In this document: in pieces, positions 4,297 to 5,774 of the stretch
Layout: every line of letters begins with the position of its first letter
Numbering within the stretch: the stretch's first letter is position 1
Assembly (NCBI GenBank): GCA_964522265.1
Contig: CAZFVS010000070.1
Span: 1 to 5,774 of the forward strand
Direction of reading: 5' to 3'
DNA length: 5,774 nt
From: an uncultured Gammaproteobacteria bacterium
GTDB taxonomy: Bacteria; Patescibacteriota; Microgenomatia; Daviesbacterales; UBA10151
Translations under genes and position numbers: made by a program
Notes under the pieces: model-generated
Seen by the model: the letters and a program-made list of their open reading frames with translations, nothing else
What the model was told of the DNA's origin: nothing
Database searches by the model: none

Positions 4297-5774
4297 ATGG
4301 CTGCCCAAAACCAAGCTAACTTAAACCCTGAGCATATCAGCCTTTATAAAGAAGCCCGCAATTTTGTCTTTGATTACACCACCCACAATTCTATCTACCA
4401 AAGAAGTTTAATTGACCGCCTGATTAAACCGGGAGAGGTTTATGCCCTTTACCCGATAAAAAACATTGTATTTTTTCTTGTTAAATTATCTCCACCCCCT
4501 GAACTGCTTTTTGGCGCTAAACCACCTTTTTCTTACGTAAGGATCCATCCTTTTTTAAAATACTTTGGAGGAAAGGATATTTATAACAGGTTAAATGATA
4601 TAGCTGGCGGTAAATTCCAACCATTTTCTGACCAAACAGTGACTGAAGTTGAGGAGTTTAATAAATTACCTGAGGAGGTAAAAGATAAAAAACTGGGGGC
4701 TGAGGTTTCCAAAACAATAGGTATAATACCTACAGTCGGTATAGTACCAACCCCCAGCTTAGAAGAAAAAACACCGCCCAGAATACCCCAAAGGGTTAAT
4801 ATAGGCCGACTGCCTATCCCCTCTTTTGTTAAAGATTTAGGTGTTTGGAGTTTAATCCACACCGGAAATTTAGTAAACAGACACCCTAAGGTCTCTACGC
4901 CTTTATCTGTAGGAGGAACTGTCTGGCTTTTTATGAATGCTACAGGTCAAGGCCCGTACAGCTTGATTTCTGGATTACTTGCTGCTGCCGGAACCAGTCT
5001 TGCCATGGAATACTTGTCTGCCCCAAGACAACCTCAGCAGATCGGTGGTGAAGACAAACAATACAACAGCGGTGGCAACTTCCAGCCACCATGGCGGTCA
5101 AAGACTTCAAGGGCTTTAGGAAGGGGTGCGGGCAAGGCAGGGGCTAGGGCTGCAGGAGGATTGACCAGAGCAGCTGTACCGCTTTTGGCAAACCCGGTAA
5201 CCTGGGTTGTGATCGGAATAATTATTTTTATTCTCCTTTTCTTTTTTCTGATATTTAATAAAAATGCCTCTATTTTTCCGCCTTTTGGGGAATTTACTGC
5301 CACAACCGCCACCCCAAGCGCCCAACTTAAAATAGTTAAAACTGCACCACCCCAGGTGCCGAACAGCAGTCTAATCCCCTATGATATTACTGTCATATAT
5401 ACCGGTACGGGTACTGCTGATATTGAGGTTTATGATAAAGTGCCGGAGAAAACAGAGTTTGTAAGCAGTAATCCAGATGTTGCCCCTGATTCAAACGGCA
5501 TTCTGAAGTGGAATCTTTTTAAAACACCTTCTAATACACCTCAAAAAATGACTTTTACGGTTAAACCTACCCAGGATGATATTTATGTCCAAAATACCGA
5601 TTATGGTGCCAAAATAACAAGTGTTACCGGGGGGGGAGGCGGCGGCGAGATAGCTGCCTGCACCTTCTTCAGGGAAGGAGATACTACTGTAACTGGCGGA
5701 GTATCAGGATTAAAATTTAATATACCTGAGTGGCCTGCTTTGATAAATGAAGTTACTTTAAAAGTCGGTGTCCC
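4297..5774 (+). CDS. 3'-truncated ORF (not in supplied track): single-pass membrane protein with ~300-aa cytoplasmic N-domain, basic R/G/A patch, TM helix, extracellular DUF11/CARDB-like domain and Gly6 linker
   Basis: I translated frame 1 by hand from ATG 4297, the first ATG after the in-frame stop at 4282-4284 and 5 nt after the virB4 stop. It stays open for 492 codons to the window edge. The basic patch WRSKTSRALGRGAGKAGARAAGGLTR precedes the TM helix VTWVVIGIIIFILLFFFLIF (aa 301-320, nt 5197-5256), so positive-inside topology puts the C-terminus outside. Nt 5326-5628 encode LKIVKTAPPQV..LIPYDITVIYTGTGTADIEVYDKVPEKTEFVSSNPD...GILKWNL....QKMTFTVKP, which fits the DUF11 'conserved repeat domain' pattern. 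The start codon is inferred, with no obvious SD. Confidence 0.8.
   Translation, partial: MAAQNQANLNPEHISLYKEARNFVFDYTTHNSIYQRSLIDRLIKPGEVYALYPIKNIVFFLVKLSPPPELLFGAKPPFSYVRIHPFLKYFGGKDIYNRLNDIAGGKFQPFSDQTVTEVEEFNKLPEEVKDKKLGAEVSKTIGIIPTVGIVPTPSLEEKTPPRIPQRVNIGRLPIPSFVKDLGVWSLIHTGNLVNRHPKVSTPLSVGGTVWLFMNATGQGPYSLISGLLAAAGTSLAMEYLSAPRQPQQIGGEDKQYNSGGNFQPPWRSKTSRALGRGAGKAGARAAGGLTRAAVPLLANPVTWVVIGIIIFILLFFFLIFNKNASIFPPFGEFTATTATPSAQLKIVKTAPPQVPNSSLIPYDITVIYTGTGTADIEVYDKVPEKTEFVSSNPDVAPDSNGILKWNLFKTPSNTPQKMTFTVKPTQDDIYVQNTDYGAKITSVTGGGGGGEIAACTFFREGDTTVTGGVSGLKFNIPEWPALINEVTLKVGV
5629..5636 (+). repeat. G8 homopolymer tract inside the 4297..>5774 CDS (first part of the Gly6 linker)
   Basis: Read directly: acc ggg ggg gga ggc ggc ggc. 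By eye it is the longest G run in this AT-leaning window. Confidence 0.9.

Noticed and set aside
882-5325. Eight minus-strand track ORFs (882..1079, 1173..1397, 1583..1774, 2890..3288, 3991..4263, 4581..4862, 5034..5312, 5116..5325)
   Set aside because: Each lies entirely antisense to a longer + strand gene with recognisable motifs or coherent architecture. Their translations are low-complexity or Cys/Trp/Gly-rich with no recognisable motifs. The two at 5034-5325 arise from the GC-rich R/G/A-coding patch and the TM-coding stretch of the 4297 ORF. I treat them all as shadow ORFs.
1-5774. tRNA, rRNA, CRISPR array, transposase/integrase or toxin-antitoxin pairs
   Set aside because: I found no T-loop/cloverleaf-like segment, no regularly spaced direct repeats and no ORF with recombinase or transposase motifs when reading both strands.

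Overview
The window holds five tightly packed genes on the + strand and is AT-leaning (roughly 40% GC by eye). After nt 170 there is almost no intergenic space: the gaps are 11 nt and 5 nt, and two junctions are ATGA stop/start overlaps. The genes in order are: (1) a textbook four-helix-bundle protein of the 23S-rRNA-IVS-protein/Avd family, bracketed by a perfect 12-bp inverted repeat rich in CTAG; (2) a PrgI/VirB3-like two-TM membrane protein extended by a Pro-rich linker, a coiled coil and a C-terminal carboxypeptidase-regulatory-like beta-sandwich; (3) a soluble protein whose N-terminal ~120 aa resemble the N-terminal domain of VirB4 ATPases, followed by a (PQ)n tail; (4) a VirB4/TraC-type ATPase with clear Walker A and Walker B motifs; (5) a long ORF absent from the supplied track because it runs off the 3' edge without a stop (4297..>5774). 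That last ORF encodes a single-pass membrane protein with an extracellular DUF11/CARDB-like domain and a Gly6 linker encoded partly by a G8 tract. I read this as a minimal Gram-positive/CPR-style type IV secretion-like (conjugation-like) module with unusual accessory parts. No relaxase, VirD4-type coupling protein or VirB6-like polytopic protein is visible here. All minus-strand track ORFs look like antisense shadows. I recognised no tRNA, rRNA, CRISPR array or transposase. All domain calls come from motif recognition by eye, with no database search.
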